A DNA stretch of 64,000 bases from Akkermansiaceae bacterium (GCA_051251915.1 JBPOGF010000013.1:64001-128000); one strand, 5' to 3'. Positions 20,020 through 31,758 are shown, counted from the stretch's first letter. Program-made: numbers and translations. The notes: a model not told the origin generated them from the sequence alone.

Positions 20020-22866
20020 CTACTCCATAGCCCTCAAATGAGCCTTCACACAAGCCGCCAAACTCTCCACGTCATATCCCCCCTCCAACACAGAAATCAA
20101 CCTCCCTTCACAAAACTCATCAGCATACCCCCTTACTAGCTTTGTCAGCTCCCCAAATCCCTCTGGAGTAACCATTAAATCTGCCAGCGGATCACCAACC
20201 GCCGCATCGAACCCAGCCGACACAATAATCAGCTCAGGTTTAAATTTCCTCAACTGATCATATAACGGCTTCCCCCAGACCTCCAAAATCTCACAATTCC
20301 CAGCACCTGCCCTCAGCGGTATACTCAAAGTAGTTCCCCTGCCCTTGCGCGCCCCCTTTTCCTTCGCTAATCCAGTATGCGGAAAAATCCCTTCTTGATG
20401 ACTTGAGAAATAAAACACACTCCCATCCTCATAAAAAATATCCTGCGTCCCGTTCCCATGATGCGCGTCCCAGTCCAAGATCGCCACTCGCTCATAGAGG
20501 TAAGTTTTCTGAGCATACCGCGCCGCTATCGCCACATGATTAAATATACAAAAACCCATCCCCTGATCCCTATTCGCATGATGCCCCGGCGGCCTAACAG
20601 CACAAAATGCCCTACTATTCTTACCACTAGCCCCAGCCACCTGATCCACCGCATTCAGCACCGCCCCAGTTGCTGCCTGCACCACCTCATAAGAAACATC
20701 ACAAACCGCCGTATCTCCAGTCCTCAGCGTCTCCGCAAAATTCTCAATATCATACTTCGCCAAATCATGATACTCAGGACTATGCGCTAACAAAATTTCA
20801 CCAACCGTCGCATTCCGACCTTTCAAATGATCATGCCTGAAACGCGAGGACTTCAGCATATCCAGTACAGCCTGATACCTCTCCGGTGACTCCGGATGCA
20901 TACTCCCCGTATCATGCTCTAACATCTTCTCAGACCGATAAATCCCTAGCTTCAGATCCTTCTTTACCTCCACAGCAGCATCCTCAGCACCCCTATGACT
21001 CTTCCGCTGAGCCGCTATCTTCCTAGCCTTCTTCGCCACCTGCGCAGTATCCATCCAGAACTCATCACTATCATCGCCAAGATAAGACTGCTTCTCCGCC
21101 CCCATCCTAACAAACAAGCCCCCCATCGACTTATTCTCCTTCAGCACACTCGCCCAGAACTTCTTCACCCCACGATCACGAGCAATCTCCGCCATTTCTC
21201 CTAACAAATAATTTCCCATCCCCCAGCGACGAGTCCGCTCATGCACCAAAAACGAAACCTCCGCACTATCCCCCTTAGCTCCTGCCCCCTCATCTAAATA
21301 AAACCTCCCCGTAGCACGCAAAGACTCCCGATAATGATCCCTATAAAATATACCCAGCGCCAAATCTTTATCCTGTGAAATACTCGCCAAATGATAAGCA
21401 CTCATCTCATCCAGATCCGGCTTAGCATGCCCATACCTCAACCGAATCGTCTCCTGATCCTGCGAATAAAAAAACTCCTGCAACGCCCTCAAATCACTAG
21501 GCTGAATCGGCCTCACCACATACTTTATCCCCCCAAACTCCACCTTCTTAGTATCAATCTCCTCCTTCTCACTATGCACATTCTTAGGCGAAAACCCAAA
21601 CGTCTTAGGAATCCAACCCTGTCCACGAGCTCCCTCTAACAAATTCTCCCTAAACTTAGGATGCGCTATCTCCACCAGCCTCAATGCACGTTGCCTTATC
21701 GATTGCCCCACAAGATTAGCCACCCCATACTCAGTCACCACATAATGCACATCACCACGAGAAGTACAAACCCCACTCCCCTTAGTCAACCCAGTCACAA
21801 TCCTAGATTGATCCTCAGCACTATTCGTTGAAGTCATCACAATAATCGGCAACCCACCCTTACTAATCGCAGCACCACGTATAAAATCCTGCGTAGCTCC
21901 CATCCCACCATAAAAATGATGCCCCCTAGAATCTCTAACAACCTGACCTGTTAGATCCACCTCACGTGCACCATTAATCGCCACCATATTCCTCTGTCTC
22001 CCTATTCTACTTGGATCATTCGTAAACTCACTACCATACAACTCAATCTCCGAGTTCTCATTGATAAACTTATACAACTCACGAGACCCCAAACAATGCG
22101 ACGCCACAGACACCCCCTTCTGATAAGATTTCAAAGAATTATCCACCACACCCTTCTTCACCAGCTTCATCATCTCATTCGTAAAACAACCAGTATGTAT
22201 CCCCAGATGTTGATGCTTATACAACTTCGTCAGCACCGCCTGCGGACTATTCCCCATGCTCGCCTGAATCGTAGCCCCATCATCTATCAGCTGCGCCGCA
22301 TACTCCGCCGCCCGCAGATTAGCCTCATTATACACCCAGTTATCCTGAACAGCTGGAGCCGCAGACCTAGTGATCGTATAGTTAAATTTCTTCAGAGAAA
22401 TTACCGTATCACCATGAGTCCTCGGCATCTTCGTATTAATCTGAGCCACAACACACTTAGCATACTTCACCGCTGAATAAACCGCATCTGCACTCAATCC
22501 TAACGAAACCATCCCATCCTTATCCGGCGCACTCACCTGAACGATTGCCACATCTAATGGCAAAATCCCGCGCGCAAATAATCGAGGTATATCAGAACTA
22601 GGAGTTGGTGTGTAATCCGCCTGCCCAGTCTCCACCACAGCCCGCATCGAGCGCGACATAAAGAATGAATTCGTCCTAAACGCCCCCTTATATTTAGGCT
22701 CAATCCACGGAGTATCTCCCACAGTATGCACATGACAAAGCTCCACATCCTTAAAGTCATCAGCATGACTCAGTAAATCATCAATCAGCGCAAAAGGAAC
22801 ACAAGCCCCCCCACTAATAAATGCACGCCCGCCATGTGGTAAAATTTTCTGCCAAGGAATCTCCAT
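20020..22866 (-). CDS. Acetyl-CoA hydrolase/transferase-like + GNAT + histone deacetylase (AcuC/HdaH-like) fusion
   Basis: N-terminal [35 protein letters not shown]; middle AEVSFLV...[11 protein letters not shown]-terminal [35 protein letters not shown]. Confidence 0.9.
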   Translation of the reverse strand: MEIPWQKILPHGGRAFISGGACVPFALIDDLLSHADDFKDVELCHVHTVGDTPWIEPKYKGAFRTNSFFMSRSMRAVVETGQADYTPTPSSDIPRLFARGILPLDVAIVQVSAPDKDGMVSLGLSADAVYSAVKYAKCVVAQINTKMPRTHGDTVISLKKFNYTITRSAAPAVQDNWVYNEANLRAAEYAAQLIDDGATIQASMGNSPQAVLTKLYKHQHLGIHTGCFTNEMMKLVKKGVVDNSLKSYQKGVSVASHCLGSRELYKFINENSEIELYGSEFTNDPSRIGRQRNMVAINGAREVDLTGQVVRDSRGHHFYGGMGATQDFIRGAAISKGGLPIIVMTSTNSAEDQSRIVTGLTKGSGVCTSRGDVHYVVTEYGVANLVGQSIRQRALRLVEIAHPKFRENLLEGARGQGWIPKTFGFSPKNVHSEKEEIDTKKVEFGGIKYVVRPIQPSDLRALQEFFYSQDQETIRLRYGHAKPDLDEMSAYHLASISQDKDLALGIFYRDHYRESLRATGRFYLDEGAGAKGDSAEVSFLVHERTRRWGMGNYLLGEMAEIARDRGVKKFWASVLKENKSMGGLFVRMGAEKQSYLGDDSDEFWMDTAQVAKKARKIAAQRKSHRGAEDAAVEVKKDLKLGIYRSEKMLEHDTGSMHPESPERYQAVLDMLKSSRFRHDHLKGRNATVGEILLAHSPEYHDLAKYDIENFAETLRTGDTAVCDVSYEVVQAATGAVLNAVDQVAGASGKNSRAFCAVRPPGHHANRDQGMGFCIFNHVAIAARYAQKTYLYERVAILDWDAHHGNGTQDIFYEDGSVFYFSSHQEGIFPHTGLAKEKGARKGRGTTLSIPLRAGAGNCEILEVWGKPLYDQLRKFKPELIIVSAGFDAAVGDPLADLMVTPEGFGELTKLVRGYADEFCEGRLISVLEGGYDVESLAACVKAHLRAME

Positions 22867-22939
22867 GCTGTTAGACTAAACCCAACCACACTGGAGACTC
22901 AAGCAAAGAACCTCACAACCAGCGCGCCTCCCACTCAAC

Positions 22940-22972
22940 AAAAAAAGCCGACACGCATTTAACGTATCGGCT
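22940..22972 (-). terminator. Rho-independent terminator after deaD
   Basis: A-run followed by AGCCGACACG...CGTATCGGCT stem. Confidence 0.7.
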
Positions 22973-23001
22973 CTATTCTAAAAAATCAGATATCTAAATT
23001 C

Positions 23002-24735
23002 CTATAAATCTCTATCTCTGTAAGTAGGGAATGTTTTCCCTCTCAACTTAGCACGCTTCAGATCCGTGCAGATACTATCCGCATCATTATCCTGCACTTG
23101 AACCAAACAATGTTTCGGGAACATACGGATTCTACCAAGTGAGCCATTCTTAATGCTACACTCAGAATAGATCATCCCAGCAATCTCACCAGGATTCACT
23201 CCCAGCTTACTACCCAGTCCGATGAACAATTGAGTCATTCCTTCCTTAAGATCAGGATCGTTCCGACGTTCACCTTCACGCTTTACGCTTCTCTCAGAGC
23301 GCTCTCTCGGTGCACCTCTTTCAGGACGATCACCTCTTTCGCGACGGTTTCCACGGTCATTTCTATCGCGTCTATCCCCACGGTCACGTCGATCATTACC
23401 TCTATCACCACCAGGTCTATCTTCCTGGATTTCCTCTCCCTCTTTACCTTCCTTATCTTTCAACTGAGCAAACAACGCTGAAGCAATATCAGTAGCTGTA
23501 TGACCATGCTCTAATAAGCGGTCGATGTAATGCTTATAATCCTTAAATCCACCTTCCTCGATTTTTTCCTTCACGGACTCAAACAAAATATCAGCACGCT
23601 TACCTTCAACATCTTCCTTAGTAGGGATGCGCTCACGGCGGATTTTCTGTCTCGTAAATCTCTCAATCCCCTGCAAACGATAAACATCTTTACCGAACAC
23701 AAAGCTCACAGCCTTACCTTCTCTTCCTGCACGACCAGTTCTTCCAATACGGTGAATGTAATCCTCAAAATCCTGTGGCAAATCATAGTTAAACACACAC
23801 TCCACATCCTCAACATCAAGACCACGAGCAGCCACATCAGTAGCAACAAGAATCTCAACAGTCCCATCACGGAAACGCTTCAACACACGCTCACGCATCT
23901 GCTGAGTCACATCACCATGAAGCCTATCCGCTGCATATCCACGTGCCAGAAGCGACTCAGTCACTTCATCTACATTGCGCTTAGTATTACAGAATACCAC
24001 AGCAAGTTTAGGAGCCATCGTATCCACCAATCGAGAAAGAACCTCAACCTTCGAACGATTTCTCACCTCATAATACATCTGGTCAATAGCCTCAACTGTC
24101 CGAGTCTTCTTCTCTACCTCAACCGTAGCCGGGTTCTTACCAAAAGTCTTAATCAATCTCTCTACATTACGATTCATCGTAGCTGAGAAGAACAACGTCT
24201 GACGCTTACCCTTGATCTGTCCTAAAATCTCCTCCATGTCCTCACGGAATCCCATGTCCAACATGCGATCTGCCTCATCAAGAATCACCAACTTCAAATC
24301 CTCTGTGCGCAAAGTCCCACGGCGTAAATGATCCATCAATCTCCCCGGTGTTCCCACCACCATCTGTGAACCACGTAGGCCCTTGATCTGGCGGTCAATA
24401 GGTGCTCCACCATACACTGGCACAGCCCTCATTGTTGGCATATTCTTCCCTAGTCGCTGCACTTCCTCACACACCTGAACACAAAGTTCACGAGTTGGAG
24501 ATAGTATCAGCACCTGAGGCTTTACAGAGTCCAGATCAATCATTTCCAGAGCAGGCAAAGTAAATGCAGCTGTCTTTCCAGATCCTGTCTCAGAGAGCCC
24601 CACAATGTCATCCCCATTGAGAATGCGCGGAATTGCGAGCGCTTGAATTTGTGATGGTTGCTCGAACCCAAGTGAGTTCACAGCATCGAGTAATGGCTTG
24701 GAGAGCCCTAGGCCCTCAAACGTAATATCAGTCAT
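23002..24735 (-). CDS. deaD: DEAD-box RNA helicase DeaD/CsdA with DbpA-type RNA-binding domain
   Basis: [27 protein letters not shown]-terminal RBD. Confidence 0.92.
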   Translation of the reverse strand: MTDITFEGLGLSKPLLDAVNSLGFEQPSQIQALAIPRILNGDDIVGLSETGSGKTAAFTLPALEMIDLDSVKPQVLILSPTRELCVQVCEEVQRLGKNMPTMRAVPVYGGAPIDRQIKGLRGSQMVVGTPGRLMDHLRRGTLRTEDLKLVILDEADRMLDMGFREDMEEILGQIKGKRQTLFFSATMNRNVERLIKTFGKNPATVEVEKKTRTVEAIDQMYYEVRNRSKVEVLSRLVDTMAPKLAVVFCNTKRNVDEVTESLLARGYAADRLHGDVTQQMRERVLKRFRDGTVEILVATDVAARGLDVEDVECVFNYDLPQDFEDYIHRIGRTGRAGREGKAVSFVFGKDVYRLQGIERFTRQKIRRERIPTKEDVEGKRADILFESVKEKIEEGGFKDYKHYIDRLLEHGHTATDIASALFAQLKDKEGKEGEEIQEDRPGGDRGNDRRDRGDRRDRNDRGNRRERGDRPERGAPRERSERSVKREGERRNDPDLKEGMTQLFIGLGSKLGVNPGEIAGMIYSECSIKNGSLGRIRMFPKHCLVQVQDNDADSICTDLKRAKLRGKTFPTYRDRDL

Positions 24736-24952
24736 AATAATGTGTCGGTTAATTTCCCGTATTTTTAGTTCTTACGGGGCGCCGCACATGATCTACCTGC
24801 ATCCTCATCTATGAAGATTATAACCTATCAATTAGCGGCTCAAGAAGCTCCTCTTGAGCTTCTAACGACGCCTCCTTGCATTCTACTGGTGCAAAATGCA
24901 ACACAAAATTCGCTTTTACATACTATTTCACGCCCATCACCCTACAAAACTA

Positions 24953-26371
24953 TCATTTCCCGCCCCACTCCAACCGAGCATTCTTACTAATCTCAGCATC
25001 TAACTCTAACATCCGTTTAGTAAGTTTTTTCACAATTTCTGGATTAGCCTTAGCCACATTACTCTTCTCAGAAACATCCTTCTCCAGATCAAATAACATC
25101 ACAACAGCCTTCTTCCCTTGATTTTTCGAAATCAACTTCCACTTCCCCTTGCGAAGCCCCTCTAAGCCTCCTCTGGTCGCATAATAAAGAAACTCATCAC
25201 GTGGACTACTCGCCTTGCCATCAACCAACAATGCTGAACTTTCCAAACCATCAACTTTTCGCCCCTTAAGTAATTCACTATCAGCCAGCTTAGCAATCGT
25301 CGGCAACAAATCCATCGTAGTCATCAACTCATCACACACCGTCCCAGCAGGAATTCTCCCCGGCCCCCACATCACACAAGGCACCCTCTGGCCTCCCTCA
25401 AAAGTAGTCCCCTTACCAGCACGCAACTTCCCTGCAGATCCCGCATGATGCCTATACTGCAACCACGGCCCATTATCCGTTGTAAAGATCACATACGTAT
25501 TCTGATCCAACTTCAACTCCCTAATCGTATCCATCACACGCCCCACCTCAGCATCAATATGCTCAATCACATTAATATAAGCATTCTTAGGGTCCCCATC
25601 ATACACATCATCCGGCACATACAGCGGGATATGCGGCATCGAATGAGGAAGATACAAGAAAAACGGCTTATCCTTATTCTCAGTAATAAACCCTATCGCC
25701 TTATCAGTATAGCGTCGAGTCACAGTCCGCTGATCCACCGGCATCTCTATGATCTTCTCATTCTCCATCAACGGTGTCTTCCACTTCGTCAACGCAGACC
25801 CCTGATCCTTCCACAGCACATCCAGCCCATCACCTCTCAACTTTGGCTTCCCCTTATTATCCGGATGATTCATATCGTTAGAATAAGGAATCCCATAATA
25901 ATAATCAAACCCATGACTAGTAGGCAACGTCTCAACAGAATCCCCTAAATGCCACTTACCAATACAAGCAGTAGCATAACCCAGCCCCTTCAAATGATCA
26001 GCTATCGTATGTTCACTAGCATTCAGCCCCCTCTTACTACTTGGAAATAGCACCCCCTTATGCATCCCAACACGCTTAGGATAACTCCCAGTCATCAACG
26101 CAGCACGCGATGGAGAACAAACCGGCGACGCCACCATAAAACTCGTAAACTTCCGCCCTTCAGCGGCCATCTGATCAATATTCGGCGTCTTGATCGTCGT
26201 AGACCCAAAGCACCCCAAATCCCCATACCCCTGATCATCCGTAAAAATAATCACAAAATTAGGCTTAGCCTCAGCCGCCTGAGAAGCCAGCGCGGAACTA
26301 AGAAGAACAAACCCAGTCGAAACCAAACTAAGACATTTAAAGGAAATTTTCATTTGCAGGTAATTTTTCAT
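24953..26371 (-). CDS. Formylglycine-dependent sulfatase (S1, Cys-type), secreted
   Basis: PNFVIIFTDDQGYGD, CSPSRAALMTG, GKWHLG, DNG. Confidence 0.95.
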   Translation of the reverse strand: MKNYLQMKISFKCLSLVSTGFVLLSSALASQAAEAKPNFVIIFTDDQGYGDLGCFGSTTIKTPNIDQMAAEGRKFTSFMVASPVCSPSRAALMTGSYPKRVGMHKGVLFPSSKRGLNASEHTIADHLKGLGYATACIGKWHLGDSVETLPTSHGFDYYYGIPYSNDMNHPDNKGKPKLRGDGLDVLWKDQGSALTKWKTPLMENEKIIEMPVDQRTVTRRYTDKAIGFITENKDKPFFLYLPHSMPHIPLYVPDDVYDGDPKNAYINVIEHIDAEVGRVMDTIRELKLDQNTYVIFTTDNGPWLQYRHHAGSAGKLRAGKGTTFEGGQRVPCVMWGPGRIPAGTVCDELMTTMDLLPTIAKLADSELLKGRKVDGLESSALLVDGKASSPRDEFLYYATRGGLEGLRKGKWKLISKNQGKKAVVMLFDLEKDVSEKSNVAKANPEIVKKLTKRMLELDAEISKNARLEWGGK

Positions 26372-26514
26372 AAACAGTAAAGTGCTAATCTAATACGCAC
26401 CCTACCCCCACCCCTATCAAAATAAAGACATAAATTCCACAAGGACATCCCACCCACCATAATTCCTAATTCCTAACACTTGCATCCCCACCCTTCATTT
26501 GCCAGAATCCAACC

Positions 26515-28053
26515 ATGGCTGCATCCATCGACTTACACAAAATCTCCAAATTCGCGAACCTCGCTATCCCAGCCATGGCCATCCTCTTTTTCTTCGGTGG
26601 ATATTTCGTAAGTTTCTACTTCCACTTCCTCACCGTCATCTTCCTCCTACTCACCGTAGTGAACCTCTTCTACCTCTGCATTCAGAAAAAACACACCATC
26701 CTCAGAAACTTCGGCATCCTAGGCCAAGCCCGCTACATCATAGAAAGCATCGGCCCAGAAATGCGCCAATACCTCTTCGCCAACGACACCGAAGAACGCC
26801 CATTCAACCGCATCGAACGCTCAGAAATCTACCGCAAAGCAAAAGGAATCGACTCCGCTTCATCATTCGGCTCACAACTAGAATTCGACAACTCAGAAGT
26901 CAAAATCCGCCACTCCATGTATCCGGTCGATAAAAAAGACATCAAACCATACTCTCTAACATTCGGCGAAGAACGCGGACTCACAAACACCTACACCATC
27001 ACCAAGCCCTACCTCATCAGCGCCATGAGCTTCGGAGCACTCGGCCAGAACGCCGTCCAAGCCCTCGCTCGCGGCGCTCGCCTCGCCGGCATCGGCATGA
27101 ACACCGGCGAAGGCGGCACCCCTAAATACCACATGGCAGAAGGCGGCGACCTCATCTTCCAAATGGGCACCGCCAAGTTCGGCGTCCGTAACCTCGATGG
27201 CTCACTCAGCGACGACAAACTCCGCGAACTCTGCGCCCAACCCACCATCAAAATGGTAGAAATCAAACTCTCCCAAGGCGCCAAACCAGGCAAAGGTGGA
27301 CTCCTCCCCAAAGAAAAAATCACCCAAGAAATCTCCGAACTCCGCGGCGTATCCAGAGACCACGACGTCGTCTCCCCAGCACACCACATCGAGTGCACCG
27401 ACAAAAAATCCACCATCGCCTTCATCAAACACGTCCAAGACATCTGCAACATCCCCGTCGGCATCAAGCTCTGCATCGGCAAGACCTCCGAGTTCCTAGA
27501 AATGGTCATCGAAATGAAAAAACAAAACGTCTTCCCAGACTTCATCGCCATCGACGGAGCAGAAGGAGGCACCGGCGCCGCCCCTAAAGCCTTCATGGAC
27601 GGCTACGGCATGCCCCTCATGCCAGCCCTCTACTCAGCTAATAAAATCCTCGTCCGCGAAGGAGTCAGAGACCGCCTCAAAATCATCGCATCAGGTAAAC
27701 TCATCAACTCCAGCAAACAATTCATCGCCCTAGCCCTAGGAGCCGATGCCATCTACACCGCCCGCGGATTCATGCTCTCACTAGGATGCATCCAAGCCAT
27801 GCTCTGCGGAAATAACACCTGCCCCGTAGGCATCACCACCCATGACCCCACACTCCAAAAAGGCCTCATCGTAGAAGAAAAAGCCAAACGCGTTGCCAAC
27901 TACGTCCACGCACTAGAACACGACTTCTACGAAATGCTCGCCGCATCCGGCATCCGTGACGCAAAAGACATCAGCATCGATCAACTCTACATCCCAAGCG
28001 ACACCGCCCTCGCAGACCAGATCAATGCACTCCTCCACAACCCTAACATTTAA
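26515..28053 (+). CDS. FMN-binding glutamate synthase family protein with N-terminal TM helices
   Basis: ISAMSFGAL, NTGEGG, EIKLSQGAKPGKGG, DGAEGGTGAAP, Fe-S motif CIQAMLCGNNTCP. Confidence 0.92.
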   Translation: MAASIDLHKISKFANLAIPAMAILFFFGGYFVSFYFHFLTVIFLLLTVVNLFYLCIQKKHTILRNFGILGQARYIIESIGPEMRQYLFANDTEERPFNRIERSEIYRKAKGIDSASSFGSQLEFDNSEVKIRHSMYPVDKKDIKPYSLTFGEERGLTNTYTITKPYLISAMSFGALGQNAVQALARGARLAGIGMNTGEGGTPKYHMAEGGDLIFQMGTAKFGVRNLDGSLSDDKLRELCAQPTIKMVEIKLSQGAKPGKGGLLPKEKITQEISELRGVSRDHDVVSPAHHIECTDKKSTIAFIKHVQDICNIPVGIKLCIGKTSEFLEMVIEMKKQNVFPDFIAIDGAEGGTGAAPKAFMDGYGMPLMPALYSANKILVREGVRDRLKIIASGKLINSSKQFIALALGADAIYTARGFMLSLGCIQAMLCGNNTCPVGITTHDPTLQKGLIVEEKAKRVANYVHALEHDFYEMLAASGIRDAKDISIDQLYIPSDTALADQINALLHNPNI

Positions 28054-28078
28054 CCCATCACCTTTAAACTAACTCATC

Positions 28079-28456
28079 ATGAAGCCCGCATACATCCTCA
28101 GCTGGATCCTACAACTCTGCATCATCGGCCTCATCGCCCCCGCAGCCTACTTCAAGCTCACCAGCCACCCAGAGTCCGTCGCCCTCTTCAGCCTCCTAGA
28201 AATGGAACCCACCGGTCGCTACATCATCGGCTTCCTAGAAGCCACCGCCTGCGCCCTACTCCTCACCCCAAACTCCGCCGTCCACGGAGCCATCCTCAGC
28301 CTCGGCCTCATGCTAGGCGCCGTCATCGCCCACGCCACCAAGATCGGCTTAAACGACATCTTCGCCTACTTCTCCATCACCCTAGTCATCCTCTCCTCCA
28401 CCGTCATCTTCATCCGCCGCAAACAAATCAAAAGCATAGCCAGAATGCTTGACTAA
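28079..28456 (+). CDS. DoxX family membrane protein
   Basis: Four TM segments; FKL, IGFLE, GAVIAH. Confidence 0.75.
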   Translation: MKPAYILSWILQLCIIGLIAPAAYFKLTSHPESVALFSLLEMEPTGRYIIGFLEATACALLLTPNSAVHGAILSLGLMLGAVIAHATKIGLNDIFAYFSITLVILSSTVIFIRRKQIKSIARMLD

Positions 28457-28486
28457 CCAAGCCAAATTCACCATTCACCATTCACC

Positions 28487-29095
28487 ATGACCTCATCTAC
28501 TAACCGCCTAGGAATGCTCCTCCTCGTATCCGGCCCATCCGGCTCCGGTAAGACAACCCTCTGCCGCCGCGCATCAGACGCCGGCCTCGCCAGCTACGCC
28601 ACCTCCTGCACCACCCGCCCCCCGCGCCCAGGTGAAACCCACGGAACAGACTACTTCTTCCTCACCACAGAAGACTTCAAAGAAAAGATCAGCAACCAAG
28701 AACTCCTCGAATACGCAGAAGTCCACGGCAACCACTACGGCACCCTCAAATCAGAAATCTTCACCCACATCCAAGCCGGCAAAGACGTCGTCATGGACAT
28801 CGATGTCCAAGGCGCAGACCAGATCCGCACCTGCACCGACCCACTCATCCAGCAAGCCCTCGTAGAACTCTTCGTCATGCCAGCAAGCGAAGCCGAGCTC
28901 CTCACCCGCCTAACAGGCAGAGGAACCGACAGCCAAGAAATCATCGCAACCCGCATGAAAAACTCCCTAGAAGAAATGCAACACTGGGACAAATACACCT
29001 ACTGCCTCCACTCCTCCGACCGCGAAACCGACTACCAAAAATTCCAATCTATCCTCACCTCAGAATCCCTCCGTGTCTCTCGCATCATAGAATAA
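28487..29095 (+). CDS. gmk: Guanylate kinase
   Basis: SGPSGSGKTT, TTRPPRPGE, DYFF, YGT, DIDVQG. Confidence 0.96.
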   Translation: MTSSTNRLGMLLLVSGPSGSGKTTLCRRASDAGLASYATSCTTRPPRPGETHGTDYFFLTTEDFKEKISNQELLEYAEVHGNHYGTLKSEIFTHIQAGKDVVMDIDVQGADQIRTCTDPLIQQALVELFVMPASEAELLTRLTGRGTDSQEIIATRMKNSLEEMQHWDKYTYCLHSSDRETDYQKFQSILTSESLRVSRIIE

Positions 29096-29117
29096 ACCTT
29101 CAACTAAAAGAAGCCCA

Positions 29118-29158
29118 ATCCTTTATCCTTTATCCTTTATCCTTTATCCTTTATCCTT
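29118..29158 (+). repeat. Heptamer tandem repeat (ATCCTTT) x ~6
   Basis: Read directly between convergent gmk and the cupin gene. Confidence 0.9.
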
Positions 29159-29167
29159 CCACCTTCC

Positions 29168-29899
29168 CTACCTCCTAGTAGCCTCAAACAACCCATCAGT
29201 CTTCCCCTTATACCCCTCAGGATCCACATTATACCAATTACTATTCTGGATCCGTTCCTTATCATAAGGCGGCGCAAAGATATCCACCAACTGCGTAAAC
29301 TCCCGCGCAGCCACTCGGTGAATATTCCTCTCCTTAGAAGTCAGCGTAGAAACCTTACCCTTAGCCAGCATCGCATGGCTCGTCTGCTTCAACAGCACAT
29401 CCTTCTTATTCGCCTTCTCAGCAAACAAATCATAATTCCAAACCTCCACCTCCCCCGTAGCACAAAGCAACACCCCAGTCATCTCCGGATGATCATGATG
29501 TAAAATCTCCTCACCCTTCTCAAACTGAACCAGCGTCACATGATAGTCCACCTGCTTCTCCAACTTAGAAAAATCCACGCGCCCATTCCCCACACCTCTC
29601 TCCTTCGTCATCCTAAAAGCCTTCTCCAAATTCGGATCTTTCAAATCCAATCTAGCCGCAATCGCAGCAGCCTGCTTCACATACTCCACCTCATTCCAGC
29701 TATCCAAATGCTGCTTCCCAGCCTCCACCTCAATAGCCGATAAAAATGCATCCCAGTTAATAGACCCATCCGCCTTCAACCTCCCCTCAAAAGCATTAGC
29801 CCTAGTAGCAAAAGCCGTTATCGCAGGCAACGCCATAGAAATCCCCAAAAACCCCGGAATCGAAGTCTTAATAAAATGCCGTCTATCATACTCATCCAT
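29168..29899 (-). CDS. Tat-exported cupin, PCO/ADO-like thiol dioxygenase
   Basis: Tat motif DRRHFIK; HDHPEM, NIH, DIFAPPY. Start placed at MDEYDRR. Confidence 0.7.
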   Translation of the reverse strand: MDEYDRRHFIKTSIPGFLGISMALPAITAFATRANAFEGRLKADGSINWDAFLSAIEVEAGKQHLDSWNEVEYVKQAAAIAARLDLKDPNLEKAFRMTKERGVGNGRVDFSKLEKQVDYHVTLVQFEKGEEILHHDHPEMTGVLLCATGEVEVWNYDLFAEKANKKDVLLKQTSHAMLAKGKVSTLTSKERNIHRVAAREFTQLVDIFAPPYDKERIQNSNWYNVDPEGYKGKTDGLFEATRR

Positions 29900-30090
29900 A
29901 ACAAAACCATACACAATCCACCCCAAACCGCAACCCAAGCTTCCACAACATCAACCAAGTTCCGTGCTTTAAGTGCATTCCGTGGTTCAAGCACCGCAGG
30001 TCAAAACCAAAGCCCACAACCCAAGCCGTTTCATCAACCAAGCCCCGATCACCGATCACTGATCACTGCTAACCCCTCAAGCAAAGCGCC

Positions 30091-31104
30091 CTAAATCCCA
30101 AAACTCCTCTTCACCGCCTCCCGCTTCAACCCCAGCTCCCTCCACTCATTCACCAACCGCGACGCCTCTATCACCCCACACCCAGAAGGAACACAAATCT
30201 CATCCCCCTCCCAATGCACCCCACGGATCGTCACCACCGCATGAAACACACCATCCTCCAACACCCCAAACGGAGCACCAAAATAAGCCGGACAATCCAA
30301 CATCTCCCTCCAACGTATCAAATCCTCCATCGTCTCCTGAGTCCTAGGCAACGGCCCCAATGCCGGCGTCGGATGCAACCTCCTAATCAAATCATCAATA
30401 TTCTTATCCCCATACAAGAACACCTCAATCGGCGTATGAAAATGCACCAAAGACCCCAAATCCAAAATACTCCGCTCACTCTTCGTCACCATCCCAATAT
30501 CAGACAACTTAGACACCAACGTCTGCGCCACAAACTCATGCTCCCTAATCTCCTTCTCATCAAAAGCAAACACCTCCTGCTCACCCGCCATCGCCGTCCC
30601 CGCCAGCGCCATCGTATTCAATCTCCCCTTCCTAAAATTAAACAACACCTCAGGCGTCAACCCACAAAACCCAGCATCACCCTTCACCCAAGCATAAGGA
30701 AAAAACGCCTCCTCCTGCGTATTCAACGAATCTAACAAACTCCCCACTCCGCCAGACACAACCTTCCCCCGCTCAGCCGCCACCGGCACAGACTTCTCTA
30801 TCTCCCCCTTACCAATCGCCTGATTAATCTCCGAAAAAACCTTCGCAAACTCCCCCGGATTAAGCTCCTCCCACTCCACCTCCAAAGCCTCACCCTCCCC
30901 CGCAGAAACCGAATCAATCTCCCTAACAGAATAAGGAATCTTCCAAGGCTTCGCATCCGTCAGCGCAAAATCATTCACATAAAACGCCACCCCACTCTTC
31001 GGACAAGCCTCCACCTCAGTGAAAGGCCCCTCGCCAAAAAGAATCTTACCATCCGCCTTCTTCAAAAGCGCAAACTCATTACCCGCTACATTCATGCCCC
31101 GCAA
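30091..31104 (-). CDS. menF: Chorismate-binding enzyme, isochorismate synthase-like
   Basis: TPEVL, ALAGT, KEIREH, LHPTPALG, GCGV. Confidence 0.75.
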   Translation of the reverse strand: MRGMNVAGNEFALLKKADGKILFGEGPFTEVEACPKSGVAFYVNDFALTDAKPWKIPYSVREIDSVSAGEGEALEVEWEELNPGEFAKVFSEINQAIGKGEIEKSVPVAAERGKVVSGGVGSLLDSLNTQEEAFFPYAWVKGDAGFCGLTPEVLFNFRKGRLNTMALAGTAMAGEQEVFAFDEKEIREHEFVAQTLVSKLSDIGMVTKSERSILDLGSLVHFHTPIEVFLYGDKNIDDLIRRLHPTPALGPLPRTQETMEDLIRWREMLDCPAYFGAPFGVLEDGVFHAVVTIRGVHWEGDEICVPSGCGVIEASRLVNEWRELGLKREAVKRSFGI

Positions 31105-31141
31105 ATAAACCCCACCCCCACCAAATCACCAAGCAAATAAA

Positions 31142-31162
31142 GTGCCCGAGATTTCCAATCTC
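31142..31162 (+). repeat. Dispersed hairpin repeat GTGCCCGAGATTTCCAATCTC (copy 1 of 3; others at 39044 and 40397)
   Basis: Identical 21-mer three times; GAGATT/AATCTC stem. Confidence 0.85.
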
Positions 31163-31397
31163 CCCAACAACCCAAGCCCCACAACCCAAGTCCCACTCCA
31201 TCAACCAAGTTCAGAGCTTTCAGTGTCTTCCGTGGTTCAAAAAAATCCCATCAACCCAAGCCACCAAAGCCCAAGCCAACGAGCAACTCCCCCCCTTTTC
31301 CCAATAATAAGTTGATTTAACTAAATCCTGTGGTAAATAATCTCCAAGAACTGTTCACATAATGAACAGTCGGGAAAGAAATACTTACCCATCATAC

Positions 31398-31754
31398 GGG
31401 GGCGTTTTGGTTTCGACTGGATGTTGGAGGGATAGGTCGCATGTAGAGGTTGATCGGTTGGCCTCTTAAAAAGCCGTTCAAAAAAATAATTGCAGACTCT
31501 AATGAGCTCGCACTTGCTGCTTAATTGACAGTAACGCCGCCGCCTGATCGTCCACGTAGGGCCGCCGCGCAAACTTAGTGGACTGGCTATGAGCCCGGGT
31601 TTCCGGGGTGATTAGTAAGACTAAACAGGAAAATCGAGCGAGAATCAGTGGTTAGCAAGCGACCTCTCCTCTAAACAAAAGTTGCTAACTAAACATGTAG
31701 AAACTTACTTAGAAGACATTTAGGACGCGGGTTCAACTCCCGCCGCCTCCACCA
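31398..31754 (+). ncRNA. ssrA: tmRNA; tag (A)ADSNELALAA encoded at 31492-31524
   Basis: 5' GGGGGCG...TTCGAC and 3' GACGCGGGTTCAACTCCCGCCGCCTCCACCA with a G3:U pair; resume context ATAATT-GCA; tag ends ALAA*. Confidence 0.97.
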
Positions 31755-31758
31755 ATTT

